Origin: a virus
Lineage: Duplodnaviria > Caudoviricetes
IMG/VR virus record: IMGVR_UViG_3300010429_000981
Span: 1 to 64,000 of that record
Strand: one strand, 5' to 3'
Length of the DNA: 64,000 bases
Part shown: one piece after another, positions 18,222 through 27,447 of the stretch
How the letters are laid out: every line of letters begins with the position of its first letter
Numbering within the stretch: position 1 is the stretch's first letter
Translations under genes and position numbers: made by a program
Notes under the pieces: model-generated
Told to the model about the DNA's origin: nothing
Seen by the model: the letters and a program-made list of their open reading frames with translations, nothing else
Database searches by the model: none

Positions 18222-18419
18222 ATGTCTTATTTTCGTCATCCTAAAACATTATCTGAGAAGAAACAGGCGGTTACATTATCCAAGGAAATTTATATGGATG
18301 ATTTACCTGTTCGCTATCGGGCCAAGCGTAATAATAAGAATTTGGCAGATTGTTGGTGGGATATCATGAGAAGGAATATAAGAAATTGGAAACAATATAG
18401 GAAACAACAATATAAATGA
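18222..18419 (+). CDS. Basic conserved hypothetical protein
   Basis: MSYFRHPKT..EKK...RAKRN...L...W.DI.R....NWK.YRK.QYK; GGAG RBS before ATG 18222. Confidence 0.5.
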   Translation: MSYFRHPKTLSEKKQAVTLSKEIYMDDLPVRYRAKRNNKNLADCWWDIMRRNIRNWKQYRKQQYK

Positions 18420-18688
18420 TTTTATATACGCTAGGACATATCACCAAACAATTTCTAATTGCTATTGATCAAACGATTAATACCGTAATCTATATCAATG
18501 GTGATGGCTGGGGTTATGCTGACGAAATGATTTCAGCCAGAGTATTTAGATGTTATCTTCAGGGATATGTTACTGAATTACCAATGAATTTAGTAAATAA
18601 ACTATTCTTCTGGGATGATAATCATTGCTATGAATGCTGGGTATTAGAATCCGAAAGAAATCAATTACCTAATAACTATAGAGAATAA
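18416..18688 (+). CDS. Conserved phage hypothetical protein
   Basis: IAIDQTINT...GYADEMISAR...LFFWDDNHC. Confidence 0.5.
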   Translation: MILYTLGHITKQFLIAIDQTINTVIYINGDGWGYADEMISARVFRCYLQGYVTELPMNLVNKLFFWDDNHCYECWVLESERNQLPNNYRE

Positions 18689-18690
18689 TT

Positions 18691-18909
18691 ATGTTACAAA
18701 AAGACTTAAAAAACATTGCTACTATGGCTGGATTTTCTTATGATTATACCACTGGAAATTTTGTGGTTAAACAATCGGGGTCATTTTTAGAAAGATTATT
18801 TTTTAACAAACCTGTCATATTAGATGATAATTTACAACTGTTTGCTGATTTGCTTAGAGAAAATCATGTAAGTAAAATTATTGATTTATTAAAGAAACCA
18901 GATCATTAA
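18691..18909 (+). CDS. Small hypothetical protein, paralog of the 19343 gene
   Basis: Shared pattern ML...L...A..AGF...SF...D..L..FAD. Confidence 0.45.
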   Translation: MLQKDLKNIATMAGFSYDYTTGNFVVKQSGSFLERLFFNKPVILDDNLQLFADLLRENHVSKIIDLLKKPDH

Positions 18910-19064
18910 CGGTATATAATTATGTATAAATTGTGTATGGCAACTATTACTATCATGCTCCTGATTGTTGTAGGGGTGGGTTGGGGCATTGCTATCTTAG
19001 AAATAGATAAGCATAAATCATATAGAGAATTGTCCACCGATAAACATTTTTATAGAGAATAATT

Positions 19065-19322
19065 GTGTATAATAATAGAGCAGAATACATTATTAGTAAT
19101 AAACGATATTGGCGAACTGGATATTATAATTGTTATTTGGAAAGTTTAGAACTATATAAGTTACCAGTAGGTTCGGTAAGATTATTGGTATTTGATAAAG
19201 ATATGACTATTCCAATTGAAGTAATATCAACTAAACGATGGTGGTTTCGTCATTTTACTAAGTGGAAACCAATAACACACGAAAATAGTTCAAACTTGTG
19301 TTATATGTTACAAACACTATAG
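19065..19322 (+). CDS. Hypothetical protein
   Basis: 85 aa ORF in a co-oriented cluster. Confidence 0.35.
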   Translation: MYNNRAEYIISNKRYWRTGYYNCYLESLELYKLPVGSVRLLVFDKDMTIPIEVISTKRWWFRHFTKWKPITHENSSNLCYMLQTL

Positions 19323-19342
19323 AGAATCAATAGAGAAATAAT

Positions 19343-19627
19343 ATGCTAACCGAAAAATTAAGAGATTTTGCCGAACAAGCCGGATTTGATGTTAATGTAG
19401 TAAATAAAGAAGTTTCTGTCTCATCCAACAATTCATTTTTTGGAACTAAATCCATTAATGTTGATGAAGAATTAGAGAAATTTGCTGATATTGTTATCAA
19501 CGATCTATTACTGCAATTAAATAGAAAATTCCATAAACTAGATGAGGAATTAAGAAATGAAAATGTCAGATTGTATGTAATACCCACAATTCCACCACCA
19601 GAAAATGAGGCAATTTATGTCAGATAA
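19343..19627 (+). CDS. Small hypothetical protein, paralog of the 18691 gene
   Basis: MLTEKLRDFAEQAGF...DEELEKFADIVI. Confidence 0.45.
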   Translation: MLTEKLRDFAEQAGFDVNVVNKEVSVSSNNSFFGTKSINVDEELEKFADIVINDLLLQLNRKFHKLDEELRNENVRLYVIPTIPPPENEAIYVR

Positions 19628-19836
19628 AGAATTGTTGAAGGCATTAATTGAATCTTATATTATTATTAAGGGAGAAGTTATGTATCGTTTTGGAAAAGAG
19701 TTTCCACTAGAAAATGTATTAGGTCATAATGCTTATAACGAATTAAAGAAACGTATTATTGGAGATGAATAAATGTATTGGAAAGTATATTGGTTATCAG
19801 TAATTGTTATGGTGGTAATATTAATCGTTATGTTAT

Positions 19837-20886
19837 TTGGAATTAATTATGAACTATAAAGAATCCGGTGTAGATATTGATGAAGGTAATAACTTTATCA
19901 ATAATAACATAAACAATATCAAATCTACATATGATGATAATGTGTTGATTAGCAAGAACAATTTTAGTGGTTTTTATGATATTAGTAAAGTAATTGGCAA
20001 AAGTCCTATTTTATCAGTAACATGTGATGGAGTAGGATCTAAGGTAAAATTGGCTAGTAGATACAATAATTATTGTGGATTAGGTCAAGACTTAGTAGCC
20101 ATGAATGTTAATGATATTATCTGTAGTGGAGCAGAACCATTATTGTTTTTGGATTATTACGCTACTCATAAATTAGACAAAATCAATTCTAATATTATTT
20201 TATCTGGTATTGTTGATGCATGTAAAAAGTGTAATATTTCACTCATTGGTGGTGAAACTTCTGAAATGCCCAGTATTTATAAAAAACATGAATTTGATTT
20301 GGCTGGATTTTGTGTAGGAATGTTAGATAAGGAAGATATGATTGATCCTGATGATATTAAAGCAGGTCAGGCAATTATTGGTATTAGGTCTTCTGGACCA
20401 CACGCTAATGGTTATTCTATTATTAATCAATTAGTTAATGAAAATACTCCTGAGCATATTATCGATACATTATTAAGACCTACTAAACTTTACTTAAACG
20501 ATATCAAAAGAGTAAAAACAGAAGTTGATATTTTAGGTATTGCTCACATTACTGGTGGCGGTATTCCTGAGAATTTAGTTAGAATTTTACCTGATAATGT
20601 TTCTGCCTATATTGTTGCTGATTTAAGTCTACCTTTTCAGAGTTCTTGCTATAATAATGTAGAAAAGACTACTCTTAATAATATTTTTACTTGGATTAAA
20701 GAGACGGGCGATATTAGTAAGGAAGAAATGCGCCGAGTATTTAATATGAGTATTGGTATGATTTTTGTTGTAGAAGATGAAGATAAATATTATGCTCTAA
20801 ATCAATTAAAAGGTCATGGGGTACTTTTAGGTTATACAATCAAAAGTACTGGCAAATCAGAAGTTTTTTTCAAAGAATATAAGTAA
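19837..20886 (+). CDS. purM: Phosphoribosylformylglycinamidine cyclo-ligase (AIR synthetase); start may be ATG 19849
   Basis: YKESGVDI, DGVGSK, GQDLVAMNVNDI, FLDY, GGETSEMP, SSGPHANGYS, HITGGG, MRRVFNM. Confidence 0.95.
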   Translation: MELIMNYKESGVDIDEGNNFINNNINNIKSTYDDNVLISKNNFSGFYDISKVIGKSPILSVTCDGVGSKVKLASRYNNYCGLGQDLVAMNVNDIICSGAEPLLFLDYYATHKLDKINSNIILSGIVDACKKCNISLIGGETSEMPSIYKKHEFDLAGFCVGMLDKEDMIDPDDIKAGQAIIGIRSSGPHANGYSIINQLVNENTPEHIIDTLLRPTKLYLNDIKRVKTEVDILGIAHITGGGIPENLVRILPDNVSAYIVADLSLPFQSSCYNNVEKTTLNNIFTWIKETGDISKEEMRRVFNMSIGMIFVVEDEDKYYALNQLKGHGVLLGYTIKSTGKSEVFFKEYK

Positions 20887-21043
20887 GGTAAAATTATCAT
20901 GGATACTCCTATTATCACAAGTTTAGTAATGTTATTCCCTAGTATTTTGTTAGTTGCTGGTGTTGTTTTGTTCGGTATGTTTATTGCTTGTTTATTCAGT
21001 AAGTGTACCGGAGTAGGTTTTTGCTGTCATAAGTAAAAAAGTG

Positions 21044-21071
21044 TTGTAAATTTCTCCGAGAATGTTATAAT
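21044..21071 (+). promoter_or_regulatory. Sigma70-type early promoter with extended -10
   Basis: TTGTAA-16 nt-TATAAT with a TGn extension. Confidence 0.65.
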
Positions 21072-21101
21072 GGTTCTTAGTCAAACAGGAACCATTTTTT
21101 T

Positions 21102-21488
21102 ATGTCCAAGAGTAATCAGCATCATATTAAGGCCATCATTTATGATAAGAGGGGACGAATCTTGAGTATTGGTGAGAATTCCTATCATCGTACTCATAGG
21201 GTACAATATTCAGTCTCGCGGGCGGTAGGCAAACCTAATGCTATCTATATTCATGGCGAAATTGATGCTATTGTAAAGTGCAGGGAGATTCATAATGCAC
21301 ACAAAATTCTAGTGATGCGTATTACTCCTGATGGTTATAGAATGGCCAAACCATGTGATGGTTGCATGGAAGGTATTACTACGCTCACCCCGATAAAGAT
21401 TATTGAATGGACCATAAATCCGGTAGATAATGAGGAACTAATTGATTTTATGAAAATATATCCAAACCGAAAGAACCGCAGGAAATAA
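21102..21488 (+). CDS. Second cytidine-deaminase-fold protein
   Basis: HGEIDAI and AKPCDGC (HxE plus PCxxC). Confidence 0.75.
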   Translation: MSKSNQHHIKAIIYDKRGRILSIGENSYHRTHRVQYSVSRAVGKPNAIYIHGEIDAIVKCREIHNAHKILVMRITPDGYRMAKPCDGCMEGITTLTPIKIIEWTINPVDNEELIDFMKIYPNRKNRRK

Positions 21489-21489
21489 T

Positions 21490-21690
21490 ATGAAAATTGT
21501 AAGGCATAGAATTGTGTCGTATATCTATATTAGTACTGATATGGGGCAGTATAGAATAGACAAAGAGGATAAACGATTTTTAGAAGAGTATAACGAGTCT
21601 AATTCTAATTGGCAACTTGTTCAAATGGGGTTAGACATTAGTTCTTATGATTATAAGGTGATTATGGACTATGTTAAAACTATTAAATAA
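21490..21690 (+). CDS. Hypothetical protein
   Basis: 66 aa ORF with RBS AGGA. Confidence 0.4.
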   Translation: MKIVRHRIVSYIYISTDMGQYRIDKEDKRFLEEYNESNSNWQLVQMGLDISSYDYKVIMDYVKTIK

Positions 21691-21697
21691 CGATAAA

Positions 21698-21982
21698 ATG
21701 TCGGTTCGTGATATTATTATTGGTGTTTGTGTAATTTTATTATTTTCGACATTAATATCTTGGTTCATTTATAATAATGATTCTAATTATAAAGTAATTA
21801 TTCCTAAATATAACCCCTCTAATAATGCGGAAAATATTCAGAGATTAGAAAATATTATTAAAAACTTGAATAATGAAATCAAGTCTGGTAAAATAAATAT
21901 AGAGTTTTTATCTACTCAAAAGAAAACTGTAGAAACTCATCTTAACGCACTTAAAATTGAGGAAAGCAATAATGTTCCCTAG
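21698..21982 (+). CDS. Membrane-anchored coiled-coil hypothetical protein
   Basis: N-terminal TM helix then a heptad region; start moved to ATG 21698. Confidence 0.4.
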   Translation: MSVRDIIIGVCVILLFSTLISWFIYNNDSNYKVIIPKYNPSNNAENIQRLENIIKNLNNEIKSGKINIEFLSTQKKTVETHLNALKIEESNNVP

Positions 21983-22472
21983 ACTTCTTAAAATTAGTTA
22001 TGACAATCTCAGGAATAAAGGTATGACTGCTATTGAGGCCAGAGATTATCTTAATGAAAAATATAAGGATGATGCTGATATCATTGAAGATATTTATTTA
22101 GGACATAGTATAGAAGAAGATATTTCTATTAATTCTAATAAGGTAGTAGACGTTTCAGAATTTATTCCAGAGGAAGATATTGATGAAGAAGTAGAATGTG
22201 GTAGATTAACTCAGGAAGATATTGATACGGTATTGGAAGAACCTACCGACATCGAAATTGTTAAGCCAGTAGTTACACCAGTAGTTACACCAGTAGTTAC
22301 ACCAGTTAAACAGCGTAAAAGTGTATATGATCAGGTAAAAGAACTTTATATTAACACCGAAGATAAGAGCAAAGTTAAATCACTTATTATTGGATTAGGT
22401 ATTAATACCAACACTGCTAATGTATATTATAGTAAAGTAAAAAAGGAATTAGAAAATCATGGACAAGTTTGA
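21972..22472 (+). CDS. Acidic hypothetical protein with a PVVT linker and possible C-terminal HTH
   Basis: Acidic core, (PVVT)3 linker, and NTNTANVYYSKVKK end. Confidence 0.45.
   Translation: MFPRLLKISYDNLRNKGMTAIEARDYLNEKYKDDADIIEDIYLGHSIEEDISINSNKVVDVSEFIPEEDIDEEVECGRLTQEDIDTVLEEPTDIEIVKPVVTPVVTPVVTPVKQRKSVYDQVKELYINTEDKSKVKSLIIGLGINTNTANVYYSKVKKELENHGQV
22266..22306 (+). repeat. 12-bp tandem repeat (CCAGTAGTTACA)x3.4 encoding PVVT
   Basis: Read directly from the sequence. Confidence 0.9.
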
Positions 22473-22644
22473 TTATGACGACATTGATGTTATTCAGAAA
22501 GTAATTGATTATTATGATGAATATGTTGATGATTCTAATATTGGTAGACTAGAACATAAAGATTTACGTTATTTATCCTATCTTCCCAATAAAAATAAAA
22601 AATATAAAAAAAGTGCTTGCATGGTTGAGCAAGAAAGACTATAA
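22459..22644 (+). CDS. Hypothetical protein
   Basis: 61 aa ORF overlapping the previous stop. Confidence 0.4.
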   Translation: MDKFDYDDIDVIQKVIDYYDEYVDDSNIGRLEHKDLRYLSYLPNKNKKYKKSACMVEQERL

Positions 22645-22680
22645 TATCTTTACTGACCCAACAACCCAACAGGAAACAAC

Positions 22681-22896
22681 ATGGACAAGTACACATACAC
22701 TGATTCAGACTATAAAAATATTACTGCAACTGAGGCTAGAAAACGATTTGGTGACATTGGAAAAAGTTTACGCGACATTAAGAAACGTAGATTTAGTGAT
22801 GATGGGTGGAACAGTCAGGTTAAGGCCAATGTGTTTATTGGTTCTAAAGTGGGTGTTACCTTCGTATATAAACATTTTTATGGTGTTAAAATTTAA
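22681..22896 (+). CDS. Hypothetical protein
   Basis: 71 aa with RBS AGGA. Confidence 0.45.
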   Translation: MDKYTYTDSDYKNITATEARKRFGDIGKSLRDIKKRRFSDDGWNSQVKANVFIGSKVGVTFVYKHFYGVKI

Positions 22897-22897
22897 C

Positions 22898-23254
22898 ATG
22901 GACAAATTATTTCTTTTTATCATTGGGTTTCTGGGCGCGTATGTTCTAACACTTTTTTCCATTCAAAGTGTTGGTCTACATTATACTTCTATTATTGTGT
23001 TTATCACATTCTTAATAATGTATAATATTGTTAGTTGGTATAAATCAGTTATTAACAAAACAGATAAGGAAGTTGCTACTAAAGAATTGGATATTTGGTT
23101 AGATCATGTCGAACAAGATTATAAGAGAAATGATAATATTGATAGACAATTGGTTAATCCAATTTATTCTCATACTAAGGATCAATTGTTTACTCAAAGA
23201 GATAAGTATCTGAATAATTCACTCAGGAAACTTATGTTCAAGAAACTATATTAA
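22898..23254 (+). CDS. Hypothetical membrane protein with two TM helices
   Basis: Start moved to ATG 22898 (MDKLFLFIIGFLG) to avoid overlap with 22681..22896. Confidence 0.45.
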   Translation: MDKLFLFIIGFLGAYVLTLFSIQSVGLHYTSIIVFITFLIMYNIVSWYKSVINKTDKEVATKELDIWLDHVEQDYKRNDNIDRQLVNPIYSHTKDQLFTQRDKYLNNSLRKLMFKKLY

Positions 23255-23266
23255 CATTTACTTATA

Positions 23267-23274
23267 TATAAATA
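23267..23274 (+). promoter_or_regulatory. T4-type late promoter TATAAATA
   Basis: Exact consensus, intergenic. Confidence 0.65.
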
Positions 23275-23482
23275 GGAATAGTAACATGGCAAAGATTAAA
23301 TATCGTTTTTATGATGTTATAGTAGAATGTGATGTTATACAGGGGTATGTTGATAGGGTGTTAATCGAATTTCATAACCCCTATACTAATCAAAAGGTTG
23401 AAAAGTTAGTAGATTATAAACGATTAATTTTTCCGCAGTTTTGTGATGTTGCTATTCCATAAAATCAATAGGAGAAAAAAAG

Positions 23483-23581
23483 ATGTTTCAAATTTCTAAA
23501 TACGCGGCTAGTTATTTTTGTTTATTTTGTGCTACATTTGCAGTCACATTAGGAGTAAATTATTTAATTTTTACTGTTTAA
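23483..23581 (+). CDS. 32 aa single-TM peptide, not in the ORF track
   Basis: MFQISKYAASYFCLFCATFAVTLGVNYLIFTV with RBS AGGAG. Confidence 0.4.
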   Translation: MFQISKYAASYFCLFCATFAVTLGVNYLIFTV

Positions 23582-23587
23582 TAAATA
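23580..23587 (+). promoter_or_regulatory. Late promoter variant AATAAATA upstream of the ART cluster
   Basis: NATAAATA at a gene boundary. Confidence 0.55.
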
Positions 23588-23611
23588 ATATATTAACTAA
23601 AGGGGATTACT

Positions 23612-23866
23612 ATGCCAATATATGAATTTAAGAATACTGATAGCGGGGAAGTGTTTGAAAAAAATATGACGTTTTCTGACAAAGAACAATATCTATCAGA
23701 GAATGAAAATATTAAATCACATTTTTCAAAGTTTCCTGGTTTGTGTGATCCTGTTAGATTAGGTATTACTAAACCAAATGAAGGGTGGAAAGAAGTATTA
23801 CAGAAGATTAATGAACGTACTCCCGGTGCTACTCTAAAAGATCATTCTAATCTTACTCGACTATAA
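23612..23866 (+). CDS. Conserved T4-like small protein with FmdB-like N-terminus
   Basis: MPIYEFKNTDSGEVFE...GWKEVLQKI...PG; lacks the Cys pairs. Confidence 0.55.
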   Translation: MPIYEFKNTDSGEVFEKNMTFSDKEQYLSENENIKSHFSKFPGLCDPVRLGITKPNEGWKEVLQKINERTPGATLKDHSNLTRL

Positions 23867-23868
23867 TT

Positions 23869-24810
23869 ATGATTACTTCTTTTAGAGATTGGAATAACGA
23901 ATTTATCGGATTCGCTAATAGTGGTGGTAATCCTGATAATTATAAAGATTTTAATAGTTCGCCCGATTTAATGCTCGGTTATGGTGGTGGACCTCCTACT
24001 CCTGATCAATATCGCAATAAAATTGATGAGAATCTTAATCCCAGAGAAAAATCAATAATTGTTAATACCGATAAAAATTATTTAGAAGATCCTGAGAAAG
24101 ATAACAGAACAAATAAATATTCTCCTGAAGATATAGGAATTCCTAAAAAAGAATCGGTCAATTATGTTTTTCCATATTTTAATAATGAACACGTAAAACA
24201 TATTAGATCATTATTAAACAATACAGATACCTCACACCCCAAATATAATAGTATTCTTAATCATTATACTACTAATAGTTATAATCTAAATACTACGTTA
24301 ATGGATTGTGATAGGAACAATAAAAAACCACCAAATATTATTCGTGCTAATAATAATGCCAATTCTAAAATTGATATAAGAGAGTTAGACAAATTAATTA
24401 ATCAGCATTTATTGCCTAATAGTATGACAGTATATTCAGGTATTCATTTCCACCCTCTTCAACATATGGGTAAAGTTGCTCGTTTACCTGCATATCTTTC
24501 TACGTCATTATCTCCACATGTTTCTAAGGATTTTGGTGTTAATACATATTATATGGATAAAAGTATGGATAAACATTTTGTAAAAAACATTTTAAGAATC
24601 CATTTACCAAAAGGTTTTCCTCATTTGTTTACTGATCCATCTAGTAATTCACCAGGACAAGGAGAATTAATTTTGCCCAGAAATATGAAAATGCAATTAG
24701 GGCAACAACCTACACATGCTATAATCGGAACTTTTAGTAACCATTTTACTAACAAAGATAGTACCGAACAATCCATTTATCACATTTGGACCGGAAGAAT
24801 ATTACCATGA
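23869..24810 (+). CDS. ADP-ribosyltransferase-fold protein, paralog 3
   Basis: YTTNSYNLNTTL, VYSGI, YLSTS, QGELILPR. Confidence 0.75.
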   Translation: MITSFRDWNNEFIGFANSGGNPDNYKDFNSSPDLMLGYGGGPPTPDQYRNKIDENLNPREKSIIVNTDKNYLEDPEKDNRTNKYSPEDIGIPKKESVNYVFPYFNNEHVKHIRSLLNNTDTSHPKYNSILNHYTTNSYNLNTTLMDCDRNNKKPPNIIRANNNANSKIDIRELDKLINQHLLPNSMTVYSGIHFHPLQHMGKVARLPAYLSTSLSPHVSKDFGVNTYYMDKSMDKHFVKNILRIHLPKGFPHLFTDPSSNSPGQGELILPRNMKMQLGQQPTHAIIGTFSNHFTNKDSTEQSIYHIWTGRILP

Positions 24811-25748
24811 TTAATAAATCATTCAAGGAATATATTAACAATAAAGAATCATTAGTTTTTGCTAATAGTGGCGGACATAAAGATCAATACAAAGATTTTA
24901 ATAATCAATCAAATTTAGTATATGCTAATAGTGGCGGACCTAAAGATCAGCATAAAGAGTTTACCGATGAAAAAATTCTAATTAAGGAAAATCTTAATCC
25001 TAAGAATGGTCCGGTAATTATTAATAGTGCGAATAGATGGCTTAGAGATCCTGAAAAATCAGATACTGCATCAGATCATATTCCGCATAGTTTAGGAATA
25101 CCTTCTTATCATGGTGCTCCTTATGTATTTCCTGATTATACACAAGAACAAGCAAAACACGTAAAAGCATTATTAGATAATACTAAGGTAAGTGATACCT
25201 ATTATACTTTAATGCATAATTATACTGCGGGTAGTGCTCAATTAAATTCCGAGTTATTTCATGCGGCCAAGAATAACAAACCCACACCTATTTTTGTAGA
25301 TGGTATGGATGTTGGTGATTTAGATGGATTAATTAAAAAACACACTTTACCGCATGATATGACTGTTTATACAGGAACTCATTTTAAGCCTTCTGAACAT
25401 ATGGGAAAGATAGTAAGATTTCCAGCGTTTACTTCTACTTCATTAACACCTCATGTATCTAAAGAATTTGGTGTATATGAACTTAGTGGGCACGAATATG
25501 ATGGAACAAGACAATCACATATTAATATACTGAGGATTAATTTACCTAAAGGGTTTAATCATGTATTTACTGATCCAGGTAGTGTTTATCCAGGTCAATC
25601 AGAACTCATTCTACCCAGAAATATAAGAATGCAAATAGGTCAAACTCCTACTCATATTATTCATGGAAGTTTTTATGATCATTTTGATAGACACCAATAT
25701 AGCGATCAACATTTTCATATTTGGAATGCCAGAATATTACCCAATTAG
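24807..25748 (+). CDS. ADP-ribosyltransferase-fold protein, paralog 4
   Basis: YTAGSAQLNSEL, VYTGT, FTSTS, QSELILPR; start at the ATGA overlap (24807). Confidence 0.75.
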   Translation: MINKSFKEYINNKESLVFANSGGHKDQYKDFNNQSNLVYANSGGPKDQHKEFTDEKILIKENLNPKNGPVIINSANRWLRDPEKSDTASDHIPHSLGIPSYHGAPYVFPDYTQEQAKHVKALLDNTKVSDTYYTLMHNYTAGSAQLNSELFHAAKNNKPTPIFVDGMDVGDLDGLIKKHTLPHDMTVYTGTHFKPSEHMGKIVRFPAFTSTSLTPHVSKEFGVYELSGHEYDGTRQSHINILRINLPKGFNHVFTDPGSVYPGQSELILPRNIRMQIGQTPTHIIHGSFYDHFDRHQYSDQHFHIWNARILPN

Positions 25749-25756
25749 GTTATTAA

Positions 25757-26629
25757 ATGACTATTAAAAAAACTTATAAACAATTAAAAAATAATTTACC
25801 CGTAGGTTATGGTTCTATTGGTAATCGAGAACATATTCCTATTGAAAACAATGATAATATTCCTATTGGGTACGGAAGTATTAGTAATAGACCACAAATT
25901 GATATGAATAAAACAATTAATGAATGGGCATATGATAATGCTATTCCCCATTCTGAATATGAAAAAGATCCAGAAAAGTTTGCCCATGTTACTCATGAAG
26001 ACCCTGATGCTTGGGGATTTTATGGGATGGAAGATGAACTAAACAAGCATTATGGTAATCATAATGACCAAAAAAGAACGGATTTTTATCATTATACTAA
26101 CGGAAGTTTTTTATTAAATCGTAATTTAATAAAACTTCACAAACAAGAAGAACCAGAGTATAATTCTTTTATTAGTTCCCATGATGATATTAGAAAATTA
26201 GCGAGTTTAACTGATAAAACTTTAGATAAATATTCTAATCCTGCTCCTAAAGATTTTCATGTTTATACCGGAATAGGCCCATCGTTACATATTCACGATC
26301 ATAGAGAGAATGTGGGCGATAGAATGTTATTTCCTGCTTATACTTCTACCTCATTACACCCTCCAGTAACTACGGATTTTGCTAAACTTGGAAAAAATCC
26401 TATTAAAAAATATGGGGAAATAGTACGAATTCATATACCCAAAGATTCTACTTATGGTTCATATTTAGGCCCTACTGGATTACATCATAACGAATTTGAA
26501 TATCTATTACATCGTGGAACTTTATTGCATTTTATGGGATCACCTAGAATAGTAAAATTCCGCAATAGTATCAACCCATTAATGATTCATGATGCTAAAA
26601 TTATTAAACAAATTAGGAACCCCCTATGA
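25757..26629 (+). CDS. ADP-ribosyltransferase-fold protein, paralog 5
   Basis: YTNGSFLLNRNL, VYTGI, YTSTS, EFEYLLHRG. Confidence 0.75.
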   Translation: MTIKKTYKQLKNNLPVGYGSIGNREHIPIENNDNIPIGYGSISNRPQIDMNKTINEWAYDNAIPHSEYEKDPEKFAHVTHEDPDAWGFYGMEDELNKHYGNHNDQKRTDFYHYTNGSFLLNRNLIKLHKQEEPEYNSFISSHDDIRKLASLTDKTLDKYSNPAPKDFHVYTGIGPSLHIHDHRENVGDRMLFPAYTSTSLHPPVTTDFAKLGKNPIKKYGEIVRIHIPKDSTYGSYLGPTGLHHNEFEYLLHRGTLLHFMGSPRIVKFRNSINPLMIHDAKIIKQIRNPL

Positions 26630-27447
26630 TAAAATTTAGAGATTTTTATAATCATGAAACATTACCTATTGGTTATGGTAATATTAGTAATAGAAATCCA
26701 TTTGGTTATAATATTAATGAATGGGTCTATGATACCGGTATTTCCAGAGATGAATATGAACAACATAAAAGATTTTTTGCTAATCATTTTCATTATGACG
26801 GTAACATTAATAGAAAACAAGAATCAGAACTTAATGGTGAATTAGAACATCATTATCATGGTCCCTATAATCATGAGCAAAAAAAAGAAGATTTTAGTCT
26901 TTATACCGGAATGGCTAGTCACTCAGTAAATACATTATTAATTAAAGCACATCAAAGATTACCTTATAAAAGTGATATATTTAGTAATCAAGAGTTATAT
27001 GAAATAGCACACGCAAATGATGATTTTATGCAACATTATATGCAAAAAGCACCTAAAGATTTCCATGTGTATACCGGAATAGGGCCAGATTTAGATATTG
27101 ATTCTACCAGAAAAACACGTAGTAATAGAATGTTTTATCCTGCATTTACCTCTGCTTCTATTAACCCTAAAGTTGCTCTGGGATTTTCTACCAATCAAAA
27201 AGTTAAAGGACCAGAAAAGAAATATCGAGAAGTAGTTAGAATTCATATTCCTAAAAATTCTACTCATGGGATTTATCTAGGTTCTACTGGCTTGGGTAAT
27301 TCTACTGATCATGAAGGTGAATTTTTAATTAACCGCAGAACTATTATGCAATATATGGGTGAACCTAGAATAAGTAGATTAGGAATAAATCAAGACCCTG
27401 TTTTAGTCCATGATGCCAGAATTATTAAACAATACCCAGTAAAATAA
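26626..27447 (+). CDS. ADP-ribosyltransferase-fold protein, paralog 6
   Basis: YTGMASHSVNTLL, VYTGI, FTSAS, EGEFLINR. Confidence 0.7.
   Translation: MIKFRDFYNHETLPIGYGNISNRNPFGYNINEWVYDTGISRDEYEQHKRFFANHFHYDGNINRKQESELNGELEHHYHGPYNHEQKKEDFSLYTGMASHSVNTLLIKAHQRLPYKSDIFSNQELYEIAHANDDFMQHYMQKAPKDFHVYTGIGPDLDIDSTRKTRSNRMFYPAFTSASINPKVALGFSTNQKVKGPEKKYREVVRIHIPKNSTHGIYLGSTGLGNSTDHEGEFLINRRTIMQYMGEPRISRLGINQDPVLVHDARIIKQYPVK

Noticed and set aside
22266..22306. 12-bp tandem repeat as a contingency (phase-variation) locus
   Set aside because: The unit is a multiple of three encoding a PVVT linker, so copy changes would not switch frame.
22613..22897. N-terminal 95 aa of the 213 aa ORF in the track
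   Set aside because: It overlaps the better-supported 22681..22896 gene, which has an RBS; the real gene likely starts at 22898.
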